Shown here one piece after another: positions 31,929-45,352 of a stretch of 64,000 nucleotides of DNA. The notes under the pieces were generated by a model, which saw nothing but the letters and a program-made list of their open reading frames with translations, was not told the origin of the DNA and did not search any database. Each line of letters begins with the position of its first letter. The stretch's first letter is position 1. The translations under genes and the position numbers were made by a program. The DNA is from Escherichia phage vB_EcoM_SYGD1. The stretch lies in the sequence record MW883059, one strand, 5' to 3'.

Positions 31929-31973
31929 TTATTTAGCTTCATAAAATGTATTATAATTTATATAAGGTACTAA

Positions 31974-32522
31974 ATGAAACAATACCAAGATTTAATTAAA
32001 GACATTTTTGAAAATGGCTATGAAACCGATGACCGAACAGGCACAGGAACAATTGCTTTATTCGGTACTAAATTACGCTGGGATTTAACTAAAGGTTTTC
32101 CTGCGGTAACAACTAAGAAGCTCGCCTGGAAAGCTTGCATTGCTGAGCTACTTTGGTTTTTATCAGGAAGCACAAATGTCAATGATTTACGATTAATTCA
32201 GCATGATTCGTTAATCCAAGGCAAAACAGTTTGGGATGAAAATTACGAAAATCAGGCAAAAGATTTAGGATACCATAGTGGTGAACTTGGCCCAATTTAT
32301 GGAAAACAGTGGCGCGATTTTGGCGGTGTAGATCAAATTGTAGAAGTTGTTAATCGTATTAAAACATTTCCCAACGATAGGCGTCAAATTGTGTCGGCAT
32401 GGAATCCAGCTGAACTTAAATATATGGCATTACCACCTTGTCATATGTTCTATCAGTTTAATGTGCGTAATGGTTATCTTGATTTACAATGGTATCAACG
32501 CAGTGTAGATGTTTTCTTGGGT
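31974..32522 (+). CDS. td: thymidylate synthase, exon 1 (183 codons)
   Basis: Ends ...DLQWYQRSVDVFLG at the known T4 td 5' splice site; in-frame TAA begins the intron. Confidence 0.92.
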
Positions 32523-32842
32523 TAATTGAGGCCTAGGTATAAGGTGACTTATACTTGTAATCTATCTAAACGGGGGACCTCTCTAGTAGACAATCCCGTG
32601 CTAAATTGTAGGACTACCCTTTAATAATTTCATCAGGATTAGTTACTTACCGTGTAAAATCTGATAAATGGAATTGGTTCTACATAAATGCCTAACGACT
32701 ATCCCTTTGGGGAGTAGGGTCAAGTGACTCGAAACGATAGACAACTTGCTTTAACAAGTTGAAGATATAGTCTGATCTGCATGGTGACATGCAGCTGGAT
32801 ATAATTCCGGGGTAAGATTAACGACCTTATCTGAACATAATG
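32523..32842 (+). ncRNA. group I self-splicing intron in td, 320 nt, no endonuclease ORF
   Basis: Starts UAAUUGAGGCCU...GUAAUCUAUCUAAACGGGG, ends ...CUGAACAUAAUG as the T4 td intron; 3' half matches recalled T4 core; no internal ORF. Confidence 0.85.
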
Positions 32843-33154
32843 CTTCCATTTAATATTGCATCATATGCTACGTTAGTTCATATTGTAGCTAAGATGTGTA
32901 ATCTTATTCCGGGAGATTTGATATTTTCCGGTGGTAATACTCATATCTATATGAATCACGTAGAACAATGTAAAGAAATTTTGCGTCGTGAACCTAAAGA
33001 GCTTTGTGAACTGGTAATAGGCGGATTGCCTTATAAATTCCGCTATCTTTCTACTAAAGAACAATTGGAATACATTCTTAAACTCAGGCCTAAAGATTTC
33101 GTTCTCAAAGATTATCAGTCCCACGGCGTCTTGAAAGGAAAAATGGCGGTGTAA
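32843..33154 (+). CDS. td: thymidylate synthase, exon 2 (103 aa)
   Basis: Begins LPFNIASYATLVHIVAKMCNL; joined product 286 aa as T4 TS. Confidence 0.92.
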   Translation, partial: LPFNIASYATLVHIVAKMCNLIPGDLIFSGGNTHIYMNHVEQCKEILRREPKELCELVIGGLPYKFRYLSTKEQLEYILKLRPKDFVLKDYQSHGVLKGKMAV

Positions 33155-33177
33155 TTTTAATTTAATTGTGAGGATTT

Positions 33178-33441
33178 ATGATTTTACGATTTAAAGATAC
33201 TTCTGACGTTGTTCTTTTTACACTTCCTAATCCAAGTGAGTTAGAAGTTCCAGGACCAAATCAGCCTATTATCATTTATGGCAAAAAATATTATACTCAT
33301 AAAATGACTCGTGAGTATTTTGATAATAAAATTTCTACAGTTAAAACTTCTTCTGATTGTTACTATGATATTACTGTTTTAACGGAAAAACAATATGACG
33401 AATTATCACCGCGCGGGCCGTCTATGCCAGGTAGTGAATAA
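33178..33441 (+). CDS. hypothetical protein 87 aa
   Basis: ORF between td and nrdA. Confidence 0.45.
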   Translation: MILRFKDTSDVVLFTLPNPSELEVPGPNQPIIIYGKKYYTHKMTREYFDNKISTVKTSSDCYYDITVLTEKQYDELSPRGPSMPGSE

Positions 33442-33721
33442 ATATAAATCCGACTTTGATGTTAATATTCACCGTGGTACGTTTTGGGGAAATTACGTCG
33501 GTAAAGATGCTGGCAGCCGGGAGGCTGCCATTGAATTATTCAAAAAAGATTTTATACGTCGAATTAAATCCGGAGAAATAACTAAAGCACATTTAGAGCC
33601 TTTACGTGGAATGAGGCTAGGATGCACATGTAAACCAAAGCCGTGTCATGGTGATATAATAGCTCATATAGTTAACCGATTGTTTAAAGACGATTTTCAA
33701 GTTGAGGACTTATGCAATTAA
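33395..33721 (+). CDS. hypothetical protein 108 aa
   Basis: ORF overlapping neighbours on both sides. Confidence 0.45.
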   Translation: MTNYHRAGRLCQVVNKYKSDFDVNIHRGTFWGNYVGKDAGSREAAIELFKKDFIRRIKSGEITKAHLEPLRGMRLGCTCKPKPCHGDIIAHIVNRLFKDDFQVEDLCN

Positions 33722-35976
33722 TTAATGTTATCAAAAGTAGTGGTGTTTCTCAGAGCTTTGACCCGCAAAAAATTATTAAAGTTTTATCTTGGGCAGCTGA
33801 AGGAACATCAGTAGATCCTTATGAATTATATGAAAATATTAAATCTTATCTCCGTGATGGAATGACAACTGATGATATTCAGACTATTGTCATTAAGGCC
33901 GCTGCGAATTCTATTTCGGTTGAAGAGCCTGATTATCAATATGTAGCTGCACGTTGTTTAATGTTCGCTCTTCGTAAGCATGTTTATGGGCAGTATGAAC
34001 CACGTTCATTTATTGACCATATTTCTTACTGTGTAAATGAAGGTAAATATGACCCTGAATTATTGTCAAAATATTCAGCAGAAGAAATTACATTTTTAGA
34101 ATCAAAAATTAAGCACGAGCGGGATATGGAATTTACTTATTCCGGGGCGATGCAATTAAAAGAAAAATATCTAGTTAAAGATAAAACCACTGGTCAAATT
34201 TATGAAACTCCACAGTTTGCATTTATGACTATTGGAATGGCATTGCATCAAGATGAACCTGTTGATAGATTAAAACATGTTATCCGTTTTTATGAAGCGG
34301 TATCTACTCGACAGATTTCATTACCAACTCCTATTATGGCTGGTTGCCGTACTCCAACTCGGCAGTTTAGTTCATGTGTTGTTATTGAGGCAGGCGATTC
34401 ACTGAAGTCTATCAATAAGGCTTCTGCTTCAATTGTTGAATATATCTCTAAACGCGCTGGAATTGGTATTAACGTTGGTATGATTCGTGCTGAAGGTTCT
34501 AAGATTGGCATGGGTGAAGTACGCCATACTGGTGTTATTCCTTTTTGGAAACATTTTCAGACTGCTGTTAAATCATGCTCACAGGGTGGAATTCGTGGCG
34601 GCGCTGCTACTGCTTATTATCCTATTTGGCATTTGGAAGTTGAAAATCTTCTTGTTTTGAAAAATAACAAAGGCGTAGAAGAAAACCGTATCCGTCATAT
34701 GGATTATGGCGTCCAGTTGAATGATTTGATGATGGAACGTTTTGGAAAGAACGACTACATTACTTTGTTTAGTCCGCATGAAATGGGTGGCGAGCTTTAT
34801 TATTCTTATTTTAAAGACCAAGACCGTTTCCGCGAATTATACGAAGCAGCAGAAAAAGACCCTAATATTCGCAAAAAGCGTATTAAAGCCCGTGAACTAT
34901 TTGAATTACTCATGACTGAACGATCAGGAACAGCAAGGATTTATGTGCAGTTCATTGATAATACGAATAATTATACTCCGTTTATTCGTGAAAAGGCACC
35001 TATTCGTCAGAGTAACTTGTGTTGTGAAATTGCTATTCCAACAAATGATGTGAATAGTCCTGATGCTGAAATTGGATTGTGTACTCTCTCTGCATTCGTA
35101 CTAGATAATTTTGACTGGCAAGACCAAGATAAAATTAATGAATTGGCAGAAGTTCAAGTTCGTGCTCTTGATAATCTGTTGGATTACCAAGGATATCCAG
35201 TTCCTGAAGCAGAAAAAGCTAAAAAGCGTCGTAACCTCGGTGTAGGTGTTACCAACTATGCAGCTTGGCTGGCAAGTAACTTTGCTTCTTATGAAGATGC
35301 TAATGATTTAACACATGAACTATTTGAGAGATTACAGTATGGACTCATTAAAGCATCCATTAAGCTCGCAAAAGAAAAAGGACCTTGCGAATATTATTCA
35401 GACACTCGTTGGTCTCGAGGCGAATTACCTATCGACTGGTACAATAAAAAGATTGACCAAATCGCAGCTCCAAAATACGTTTGTGACTGGTCGGCGCTGC
35501 GGGAAGACCTTAAGCTCTTTGGCATCCGTAATAGCACATTATCAGCACTTATGCCATGTGAGTCATCTTCCCAAGTTTCTAACAGTACAAACGGTATCGA
35601 GCCTCCACGTGGACCAGTCTCTGTTAAAGAATCAAAAGAGGGTTCCTTTAATCAAGTCGTGCCCAATATTGAGCATAACATAGACCTATATGATTATACA
35701 TGGAAATTAGCTAAGAAAGGTAATAAACCTTATCTTACGCAGGTAGCTATTATGCTGAAATGGGTATGTCAATCAGCTTCAGCGAATACATACTATGACC
35801 CGCAGATTTTTCCAAAAGGAAAGGTTCCAATGTCAATAATGATTGATGACATGTTATACGGATGGTATTATGGCATTAAAAATTTCTATTATCATAATAC
35901 CCGTGATGGTTCTGGTACTGATGATTATGAAATAGAAACTCCTAAAGCCGACGATTGTGCAGCGTGTAAATTGTAA
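33712..35976 (+). CDS. nrdA: ribonucleotide reductase large subunit (754 aa)
   Basis: Exact T4 NrdA length; class Ia RNR motifs. Confidence 0.95.
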   Translation: MQLINVIKSSGVSQSFDPQKIIKVLSWAAEGTSVDPYELYENIKSYLRDGMTTDDIQTIVIKAAANSISVEEPDYQYVAARCLMFALRKHVYGQYEPRSFIDHISYCVNEGKYDPELLSKYSAEEITFLESKIKHERDMEFTYSGAMQLKEKYLVKDKTTGQIYETPQFAFMTIGMALHQDEPVDRLKHVIRFYEAVSTRQISLPTPIMAGCRTPTRQFSSCVVIEAGDSLKSINKASASIVEYISKRAGIGINVGMIRAEGSKIGMGEVRHTGVIPFWKHFQTAVKSCSQGGIRGGAATAYYPIWHLEVENLLVLKNNKGVEENRIRHMDYGVQLNDLMMERFGKNDYITLFSPHEMGGELYYSYFKDQDRFRELYEAAEKDPNIRKKRIKARELFELLMTERSGTARIYVQFIDNTNNYTPFIREKAPIRQSNLCCEIAIPTNDVNSPDAEIGLCTLSAFVLDNFDWQDQDKINELAEVQVRALDNLLDYQGYPVPEAEKAKKRRNLGVGVTNYAAWLASNFASYEDANDLTHELFERLQYGLIKASIKLAKEKGPCEYYSDTRWSRGELPIDWYNKKIDQIAAPKYVCDWSALREDLKLFGIRNSTLSALMPCESSSQVSNSTNGIEPPRGPVSVKESKEGSFNQVVPNIEHNIDLYDYTWKLAKKGNKPYLTQVAIMLKWVCQSASANTYYDPQIFPKGKVPMSIMIDDMLYGWYYGIKNFYYHNTRDGSGTDDYEIETPKADDCAACKL

Positions 35977-36707
35977 TGAATTATCAAAAAATCTATAATG
36001 ACCTAATTTCCCGAGCTCAGGCTCGGGAACATTTATCCGAGTATAAAGAGACACATCATATAGTCCCTAAATGCATGGGAGGTTCTGATGATAAAGAAAA
36101 TTTAGTTGAATTAACAGCTAGAGAACATTTTATAGCGCATCTATTACTATGCAAGATAAATGAAGGCCATTTTGGTCTTGCCTCTGCGTTAACGTTAATG
36201 GCAACAGATAAAGCTGGTAATAGAATTAATAACAGATTGTATAGCTTGCACAGAAAATTATTTGCTAAAGCTAATTCTGATTTCTTTAAGAAATATTGGA
36301 AAAATAATCCTCATCCTAGAGGAATGTTAGGCAAGCATCATAAAAACGAAACTAAACAACATGTATCAAACGTGAATAGGTATGCATGCCCATCTATCGA
36401 AATACATAAATTCTCATTAGATGGGGATTTCATAGAAACCTTTCACTCTATTGCCGCAGCGTCCAGGTCAGTTAATGGAAACGGGTCAAATATCAAATAT
36501 TGTGCTGAGGGTAAATTTCAATATGCCTATGGATTTCGATGGGCATATCAACTTGATGCAAAGTTTGACAAAATACAACCAAGAGATTATAAAGGAATCC
36601 GCGGTAAGAAATGGATTAATAATGGAAGTGAATGCACGCTTATAGGTAAAGATGATATTATACCGCCAGGTTGGAAACGCGGCAGAATTTTAAAGAGGAA
36701 AAATTAA
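35976..36707 (+). CDS. mobE: free-standing HNH homing endonuclease, MobE-like
   Basis: HNH motif ETHHIVPKCMGGSDDKENLVELTAREHFIAH; start overlaps nrdA stop and stop overlaps nrdB start; same locus as T4 mobE. Confidence 0.8.
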   Translation: MNYQKIYNDLISRAQAREHLSEYKETHHIVPKCMGGSDDKENLVELTAREHFIAHLLLCKINEGHFGLASALTLMATDKAGNRINNRLYSLHRKLFAKANSDFFKKYWKNNPHPRGMLGKHHKNETKQHVSNVNRYACPSIEIHKFSLDGDFIETFHSIAAASRSVNGNGSNIKYCAEGKFQYAYGFRWAYQLDAKFDKIQPRDYKGIRGKKWINNGSECTLIGKDDIIPPGWKRGRILKRKN

Positions 36708-37885
36708 TGTCTACAGTTTTTAATACAAATCCAGTTGATGTTTTAAAAGAACCTATGTTTTTTGGTTCAGGTCTTGGTATTGCGCGTTATGATATTCAAC
36801 GTCATAAAGTTTTTGAAGATTTGACCGAAAAGCAATTGTCGTTTTTCTGGCGGCCTGAAGAAGTAAACTTAATGATGGATGCTGCGCAGTTTAATAAGCT
36901 TCCTCAGTATCAGCAAAATATTTTTACTAACAACCTGAAGTATCAATCACTTTTGGATAGCATTCAGGGTCGTGCGCCGTCTGCTGTACTTATGTCATTA
37001 ATTTCAGACCCAAGCCTTGATACATGGGTTGCTACATGGACTTTTAGTGAAACTATTCATAGTCGTTCATATACTCATATCATGCGAAATCTTTATACTG
37101 ATCCGTCAAAGGTATTTGATGAGATTGTATTAGATGAAGCTATTATGAAACGTGCTGAATCCATTGGACGTTATTATGATGACGTTCTGATTAAAACTCG
37201 TTATTGGGAAAACGCTAAAGCTGCTACAGCATTTAAATTTGAAATTAATGCAGACGAAGACGTTATTGAAGATGCTATTGAGCATGAAATGTATTGGAAA
37301 CGTGAACTAATGCGCTCTCTTTACCTCTGCCTGCACGTAATCAACGCATTGGAAGCTATTCGTTTTTATGTATCTTTCGCATGTACCTTTAACTTCCATA
37401 AAAACATGGAAATCATGGAAGGTAATGCCAAGATTATGAAGTTCATTGCGCGTGATGAGCAGCTTCATCTTAAAGGCACCCAATATATTATTCGTCAGCT
37501 TCAATCCGGTACTGATGGCGATGAATGGGTTAAAATTGCTCAAGAGTGTGAACAAGAAGCAGTTGATATTTTCATGGAAGTTAACCGCCAAGAAAAAGAT
37601 TGGGCAGTTCATTTATTTAAAGATGGAGATGTTCCTGGATTAAATACAAATAGCATGTGGAGCTTTATTGATTACTTAACTGTATCTCGTATGAAACAGT
37701 GTGGTCTTCCATGCCCAATTACCGATGCTCCGGTTAAACATCCATATCCTTGGATTCGTGAATACCTTAATTCTGATAATGTTCAATCCGCGCCGCAAGA
37801 AGTAGAACTGTCATCTTACCTTGTAGCACAGATTGATAATGATGTTGATGATAAAGTTATGATGAGTTTTAAAAAATATTTTTAA
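36707..37885 (+). CDS. nrdB: ribonucleotide reductase small subunit, uninterrupted
   Basis: Begins MSTVFNTNPVDV as T4 NrdB; single continuous ORF. Confidence 0.93.
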   Translation: MSTVFNTNPVDVLKEPMFFGSGLGIARYDIQRHKVFEDLTEKQLSFFWRPEEVNLMMDAAQFNKLPQYQQNIFTNNLKYQSLLDSIQGRAPSAVLMSLISDPSLDTWVATWTFSETIHSRSYTHIMRNLYTDPSKVFDEIVLDEAIMKRAESIGRYYDDVLIKTRYWENAKAATAFKFEINADEDVIEDAIEHEMYWKRELMRSLYLCLHVINALEAIRFYVSFACTFNFHKNMEIMEGNAKIMKFIARDEQLHLKGTQYIIRQLQSGTDGDEWVKIAQECEQEAVDIFMEVNRQEKDWAVHLFKDGDVPGLNTNSMWSFIDYLTVSRMKQCGLPCPITDAPVKHPYPWIREYLNSDNVQSAPQEVELSSYLVAQIDNDVDDKVMMSFKKYF

Positions 37886-37888
37886 GGA

Positions 37889-37910
37889 GTGGGCCGCAAG
37901 GCCCATTTTA
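37889..37910 (+). terminator. hairpin/terminator after nrdB
   Basis: TGGGCC-GCAA-GGCCCA followed by TTTTA. Confidence 0.5.
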
Positions 37911-37912
37911 TT

Positions 37913-39500
<1,588 letters not shown>

Positions 39501-39503
39501 GCT

Positions 39504-39557
39504 GTTTACAAGTCCCTCGTGTTGTGTTATAGTAGACTTACTGACATAACATGAGGA
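39504..39557 (+). promoter_or_regulatory. early promoter cassette, copy A
   Basis: GTTTAC 39504-39509, TATAGT 39528-39533, GAGGA Shine-Dalgarno; 53/54 identical to 53108-53161. Confidence 0.6.
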
Positions 39558-39564
39558 CTTTATG

Positions 39565-40068
39565 ATGGATTTACAGCTTATTACTACTGAAATGGTCGTT
39601 GAAGCATACGGTGATACTACAGATGGGATTTCTGTATTTAAAGGAAATCGTCGAGTTGGATATATCACCGATCTTAAGAAAGATTTAGCTAAGCAAGTCA
39701 AGCGGAAAACGACCATCAAAGAATATCGAAATCGTCGTCTTGAGCAAGCCCGTGATATGCTTCCTGACGCAGTTGAGGAGATGAAAGTCTTTTTAGAAAA
39801 TCAGCTTGCGAAATATGATTGTGATGTGTTCATTAATCAGACTCAACCTAATGTTCATATTAACAAATGTAAATGCTACATCATCGTTAATCCTTTGACG
39901 GGAAAACATCGTCTTGGAATTAGTAATCCAAATCGTAGTGCATCAGATATGGCAGAAGATGTTGAGGCATGTTTTAAAATTTCTAAATCTCCAGCTGAAC
40001 ATCATATTTTAATTAACGGTCTTTCTCAAGACGATATTGTAGAGGTTATTAAAACTTTATGCATGTAA
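39565..40068 (+). CDS. alc: 167-aa protein, Alc-like by size and position
   Basis: Length equals T4 Alc; located after rnlA as in T4. Confidence 0.6.
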   Translation: MDLQLITTEMVVEAYGDTTDGISVFKGNRRVGYITDLKKDLAKQVKRKTTIKEYRNRRLEQARDMLPDAVEEMKVFLENQLAKYDCDVFINQTQPNVHINKCKCYIIVNPLTGKHRLGISNPNRSASDMAEDVEACFKISKSPAEHHILINGLSQDDIVEVIKTLCM

Positions 40069-40412
40069 GTAATTTTACAGCTGGATTGCTATTACTTGTA
40101 ATAGCATTTGGCGGAACATCTATTATTTTAAAAAATAAGGTAGAAAGATTAGAAACATCGGTTACTGAAATTACAAAAACGGCCAATGAAAACGCTTTAG
40201 CATTAGATAATTTGCGAATTCAGTATAATTATATTGATGCGATGAATAATAAAAATCGTGAGGCAATTGCTGCTATTGAGCGTGAAAATGAAAAACTGCG
40301 CAAAGATGCAAAGAAGGCGGATGTGGTGGCTCATAAGCCAGGATTGGTTGAAAAACAAATCAACAACTCCTTCAACAAGTTCGCAGAAGACATCCAGGAC
40401 CTTTCTAAATGA
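40059..40412 (+). CDS. membrane-anchored coiled-coil protein 117 aa
   Basis: N-terminal transmembrane helix, charged helical remainder. Confidence 0.5.
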   Translation: MHVSNFTAGLLLLVIAFGGTSIILKNKVERLETSVTEITKTANENALALDNLRIQYNYIDAMNNKNREAIAAIERENEKLRKDAKKADVVAHKPGLVEKQINNSFNKFAEDIQDLSK

Positions 40413-40708
40413 TTAAACTATCAGCAGTAATATTATCTATTGGTCTTCTAGTTGGTTGTTCGACAAAGCCTCTAGAAGTAAAGAAAGAAACAGTTCATCC
40501 TAAATGGCCAGTACAAATAAAGTCATATGATGAAGCTAAACTATCCTGGCAAGTTAAAGTTATTGATGGTAAAGCTTGGGTCGGTATGCCATTTGAAGAT
40601 TCCCAGGAATTTCGTATTTGGCTTAATGATGTAAAACGATATGTACATGACCAAAAAACTATGATATGTTATTATCGTCAAGAGCTAAAAGAGGATAAAT
40701 GTAAATGA
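40409..40708 (+). CDS. putative lipoprotein 99 aa
   Basis: Signal peptide with lipobox LVGC. Confidence 0.5.
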   Translation: MIKLSAVILSIGLLVGCSTKPLEVKKETVHPKWPVQIKSYDEAKLSWQVKVIDGKAWVGMPFEDSQEFRIWLNDVKRYVHDQKTMICYYRQELKEDKCK

Positions 40709-40931
40709 TTTCATGGCATCAATTTGAACATCTCAAAGGATTGATTTATGAATCCGAGATGGCTGCAATGATTTATGGACGCCAGATTCAGCGGTTAGAA
40801 TCTTTACCTCCAACTAATGATGTTTTATTAGCTCAATCTCGGGCTAATCTTAAAAATGAATATCAAAATAAGTGGGGTAAAGCATCTAAAGACCTGCATG
40901 ATTATATTCAATCATTGGTTGAGAAAAATAA

Positions 40932-40935
<4 letters not shown>
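40705..40935 (+). CDS. hypothetical protein 76 aa
   Basis: ATGA-coupled ORF. Confidence 0.5.
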
Positions 40936-42328
<1,393 letters not shown>

Positions 42329-42336
<8 letters not shown>

Positions 42337-42529
42337 CACAGAAAAGATTTATCAACTTTGTGATAAAATTGAAAAAGAAAAGAAATATCTATTTTGTTTA
42401 TGGCCTATTGTTGATGGAAGAATAGACTTAGATATTCTTGATTATGAAACAGAAGACATAGTAGATGGTTCAACTTTTGATAATGCGTTGGATGTTATTA
42501 ATTGGCTTGAAGAAAATTATGTGGGGTGA
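42329..42529 (+). CDS. hypothetical protein 66 aa
   Basis: ORF. Confidence 0.45.
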
Positions 42530-42807
42530 ATATGTTTCCGACTTATTCTAAAATCGTAGAAGTAGTGTTTAGTCAAATTATCGCTAATAATATGTTTGAA
42601 AAGATTGATAACGCAGCCGAGCTTCGAATTCATGCTCAAGTGACTCATGTATTGAACACTTTGCTTCCAGACCAGGTGGATTCTATTGCAATTACGCTGT
42701 ATCCGGGTTCCGCGCATATCATTGTCGTATTTGGTCTTGATGCTGAGCTAGTCATCAAAGGCGATATTCGCTTTGAATCACAGACATCAGAATTCAAAGC
42801 AATTTAA
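42526..42807 (+). CDS. hypothetical protein 93 aa
   Basis: ORF. Confidence 0.45.
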   Translation: MNMFPTYSKIVEVVFSQIIANNMFEKIDNAAELRIHAQVTHVLNTLLPDQVDSIAITLYPGSAHIIVVFGLDAELVIKGDIRFESQTSEFKAI

Positions 42808-42809
42808 TG

Positions 42810-42839
42810 GTTTACTTTATGGTAGAGTTGTGATATTAT
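42810..42839 (+). promoter_or_regulatory. T4 early-type promoter with 8-bp inverted repeat around the -10
   Basis: GTTTAC 42810-42815; TGGTAGAG 42820-42827 and CTCTACCA 42842-42849 flank TATTAT. Confidence 0.5.
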
Positions 42840-42869
42840 AGCTCTACCAAAACAAATGAGGAAAACAAA

Positions 42870-43106
42870 ATGCTAAGTGAAAAACCAATTACTGTTAAAG
42901 AATTCCAAGAAAAAGTTAAACTATTTGCTCAGGAATTGGTAAATAAGGTTTCTGAACGATTTCCAGAAACATCGGTTCGTGTTATTACCGAAACTCCTCG
43001 TTCAGTATTAGTAATTGTGAATCCAGGTGATGGTGACCAAATAACACATCTCAAATTGGATTTTGATGGATTAGTTGAAGCACAAAGGGTGTATGGCGTA
43101 CTATGA
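42870..43106 (+). CDS. hypothetical protein 78 aa
   Basis: ORF with Shine-Dalgarno. Confidence 0.5.
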   Translation: MLSEKPITVKEFQEKVKLFAQELVNKVSERFPETSVRVITETPRSVLVIVNPGDGDQITHLKLDFDGLVEAQRVYGVL

Positions 43107-43441
43107 TGAATTTAACTGATATAATTGATAATTGTCTTGAAAATGATACTGGCGATCATAGAGCGCTTGATTCTGAAACAGCACAGTTCATTAGAATAAC
43201 TTTAATGAATGATACTCTAGTGAATAGTATTCATCCTTCTGTGTATGATGCTATTATTGTGACGAAGTATCCAGTTGAGCTTCACAAAAAGATGGCTGGC
43301 GCAATTTTTATTGATAAGAAAAACCGCTTTAAAGATGGGCAGAATATAATTAGTTCTGTTATTAAAAGTATAACTAAACTTCGTCACGAAATTTATCGTG
43401 TTGAAACTGCTAAATCTGCTTATCTGGTGATTATGAAATGA
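43103..43441 (+). CDS. hypothetical protein 112 aa
   Basis: ORF. Confidence 0.5.
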   Translation: MMNLTDIIDNCLENDTGDHRALDSETAQFIRITLMNDTLVNSIHPSVYDAIIVTKYPVELHKKMAGAIFIDKKNRFKDGQNIISSVIKSITKLRHEIYRVETAKSAYLVIMK

Positions 43442-44019
43442 AAGCGAGTACAGTACTTCAAATTGCATATTTAGTATCACAAGAATCAAAATGTTGCTCC
43501 TGGAAGGTAGGAGCAGTAATTGAAAAGAATGGACGTATTATTTCTACTGGATATAACGGCTCACCTGCTGGGGGTGTGAATTGCTGCGATTATGCTGCTG
43601 AGCAAGGTTGGTTGCTGAATAAGCCTAAACATACTATCATTCAAGGTCATAAGCCTGAATGTGTATCGTTTGGTTCAACTGATCGTTTTGTCTTGGCGAA
43701 AGAACACCGTAGCGCTCACTCTGAATGGTCGTCTAAAAATGAAATTCATGCTGAACTAAATGCGATTTTGTTTGCTGCACGAAACGGTTCTTCAATTGAA
43801 GGTGCTACTATGTATGTAACACTTTCTCCTTGCCCAGATTGTGCAAAAGCGATAGCTCAATCTGGTATTAAAAAGCTGGTTTATTGCGAAACATACGATA
43901 AAAATAAACCTGGCTGGGATGATATTCTGCGAAATGCAGGTATTGAAGTGTTCAATGTTCCTAAGAAAAACTTGAATAAGTTAAACTGGGAAAATATCAA
44001 CGAATTCTGTGGTGAATAA
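43438..44019 (+). CDS. cd: dCMP deaminase (193 aa)
   Basis: HAELNAI...SPCPDCAK zinc-binding deaminase motifs; exact T4 length. Confidence 0.9.
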   Translation: MKASTVLQIAYLVSQESKCCSWKVGAVIEKNGRIISTGYNGSPAGGVNCCDYAAEQGWLLNKPKHTIIQGHKPECVSFGSTDRFVLAKEHRSAHSEWSSKNEIHAELNAILFAARNGSSIEGATMYVTLSPCPDCAKAIAQSGIKKLVYCETYDKNKPGWDDILRNAGIEVFNVPKKNLNKLNWENINEFCGE

Positions 44020-44255
44020 TGAAATTTCGTTTGGTACAACTCACAGCAATTAGTTCTTATTCTAATGAGAACATTTCATTTGCTGTAGAGTATAAGAAAT
44101 ATTTTTTCTCTAAATGGAAACAGTATTATAAGTCAGAATGGGTTTGTATTGATAGGCCGTATAGTTGGAAATCTGATTTAGAAAAATGCCAAAAGTTGCT
44201 TTCCACTCTTAAAGAACGTGGAACAACTCATATTAAAACTGTAATAGGTAAATAA
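44019..44255 (+). CDS. hypothetical protein 78 aa
   Basis: ORF. Confidence 0.45.
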   Translation: MKFRLVQLTAISSYSNENISFAVEYKKYFFSKWKQYYKSEWVCIDRPYSWKSDLEKCQKLLSTLKERGTTHIKTVIGK

Positions 44256-44564
44256 ATGAAACTGACAACTGAACAGAAAGTAGCAATTCGTGAAATTTTG
44301 AAAACTAAATTGTCCATGGGTATTTCAAACGTGGTTTTTGAAAAGTCTGATGGTACTATTCGTACTATGAAAGGCACCCGTGATGCTGACTTTATGCCAA
44401 CTATGCAAACCGGTAAATTGACTGAATCTACTCGGAAAGAATCTACTGATATGATTCCGATATTTGATGTTGAGCTTGGTGCATGGCGAGGTTTTTCTAT
44501 TGACAAATTGATTTCTGTTAATGGTATGAAAGTTGAGCATTTGCTTCAATTTATTGGTAAATAA
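44256..44564 (+). CDS. hypothetical protein 102 aa
   Basis: ORF. Confidence 0.45.
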   Translation: MKLTTEQKVAIREILKTKLSMGISNVVFEKSDGTIRTMKGTRDADFMPTMQTGKLTESTRKESTDMIPIFDVELGAWRGFSIDKLISVNGMKVEHLLQFIGK

Positions 44565-44620
44565 ATGCTTTAAGAATTATTTGTTATTATTAATTCATCT
44601 GTTAACAAAAAGGAAAAACG

Positions 44621-44956
44621 ATGTCTGAAGTACAACAGCTACCAATTCGTGCTGTAGGTGAATATGTTATTTTAGTTTCTGAACCTGCACAAGCCGGTGA
44701 TGAAGAAGTTACAGAATCAGGACTTATTATCGGTAAACGTGTTCAAGGTGAAGTTCCTGAACTGTGTGTAATTCACTCTGTCGGTCCTGATGTTCCTGAA
44801 GGTTTTTGTGAAGTTGGTGATTTGACTTCTCTTCCAGTTGGTCAAATTCGAAACGTTCCGCATCCTTTTGTAGCTCTGGGTCTTAAGCAGCCAAAAGAAA
44901 TTAAACAAAAATTCGTTACCTGTCATTATAAAGCTATTCCGTGTCTTTATAAGTGA
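44621..44956 (+). CDS. 31: co-chaperonin gp31 (GroES analogue, 111 aa)
   Basis: Recognisable T4 gp31 sequence and length. Confidence 0.93.
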   Translation: MSEVQQLPIRAVGEYVILVSEPAQAGDEEVTESGLIIGKRVQGEVPELCVIHSVGPDVPEGFCEVGDLTSLPVGQIRNVPHPFVALGLKQPKEIKQKFVTCHYKAIPCLYK

Positions 44957-45103
44957 TATAAATAATAATATGAATTGGGTGTCGGAATAATAAGTTAACC
45001 GAACAATTCTACGTGGTAGTCTACAACTGAGAGATCTGTCGAAAGAAGATGAAATTCAGAAGAACGTGACTACCGAGTTTTAATCTCTAACGAGAATTTT
45101 TAA

Positions 45104-45352
45104 ATGATTAAACAATTACAACACGCTCTTGAACTGCAACGAAACGCATGGAATAATGGTCACGAAAACTATGGCGCATCTATTGATGTTGAAGCCGAAG
45201 CTCTTGAAATCCTGCGTTATTTCAAACATCTGAATCCTGCTCAAACTGCATTAGCTGCTGAGCTTCAGGAAAAAGATGAACTTAAATATGCTAAGCCTCT
45301 GGCTTCTGCTGCACGAAAAGCAGTTCGTCACTTTGTGGTAACACTGAAGTAA
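45104..45352 (+). CDS. rIII: lysis inhibition accessory protein rIII (82 aa)
   Basis: Recognisable T4 rIII sequence and length. Confidence 0.9.
   Translation: MIKQLQHALELQRNAWNNGHENYGASIDVEAEALEILRYFKHLNPAQTALAAELQEKDELKYAKPLASAARKAVRHFVVTLK

Noticed and set aside
32523-32842. Possible remnant I-TevI endonuclease ORF inside the td intron
   Set aside because: No reading frame of meaningful length and no GIY-YIG coding signature in the 320-nt intron.
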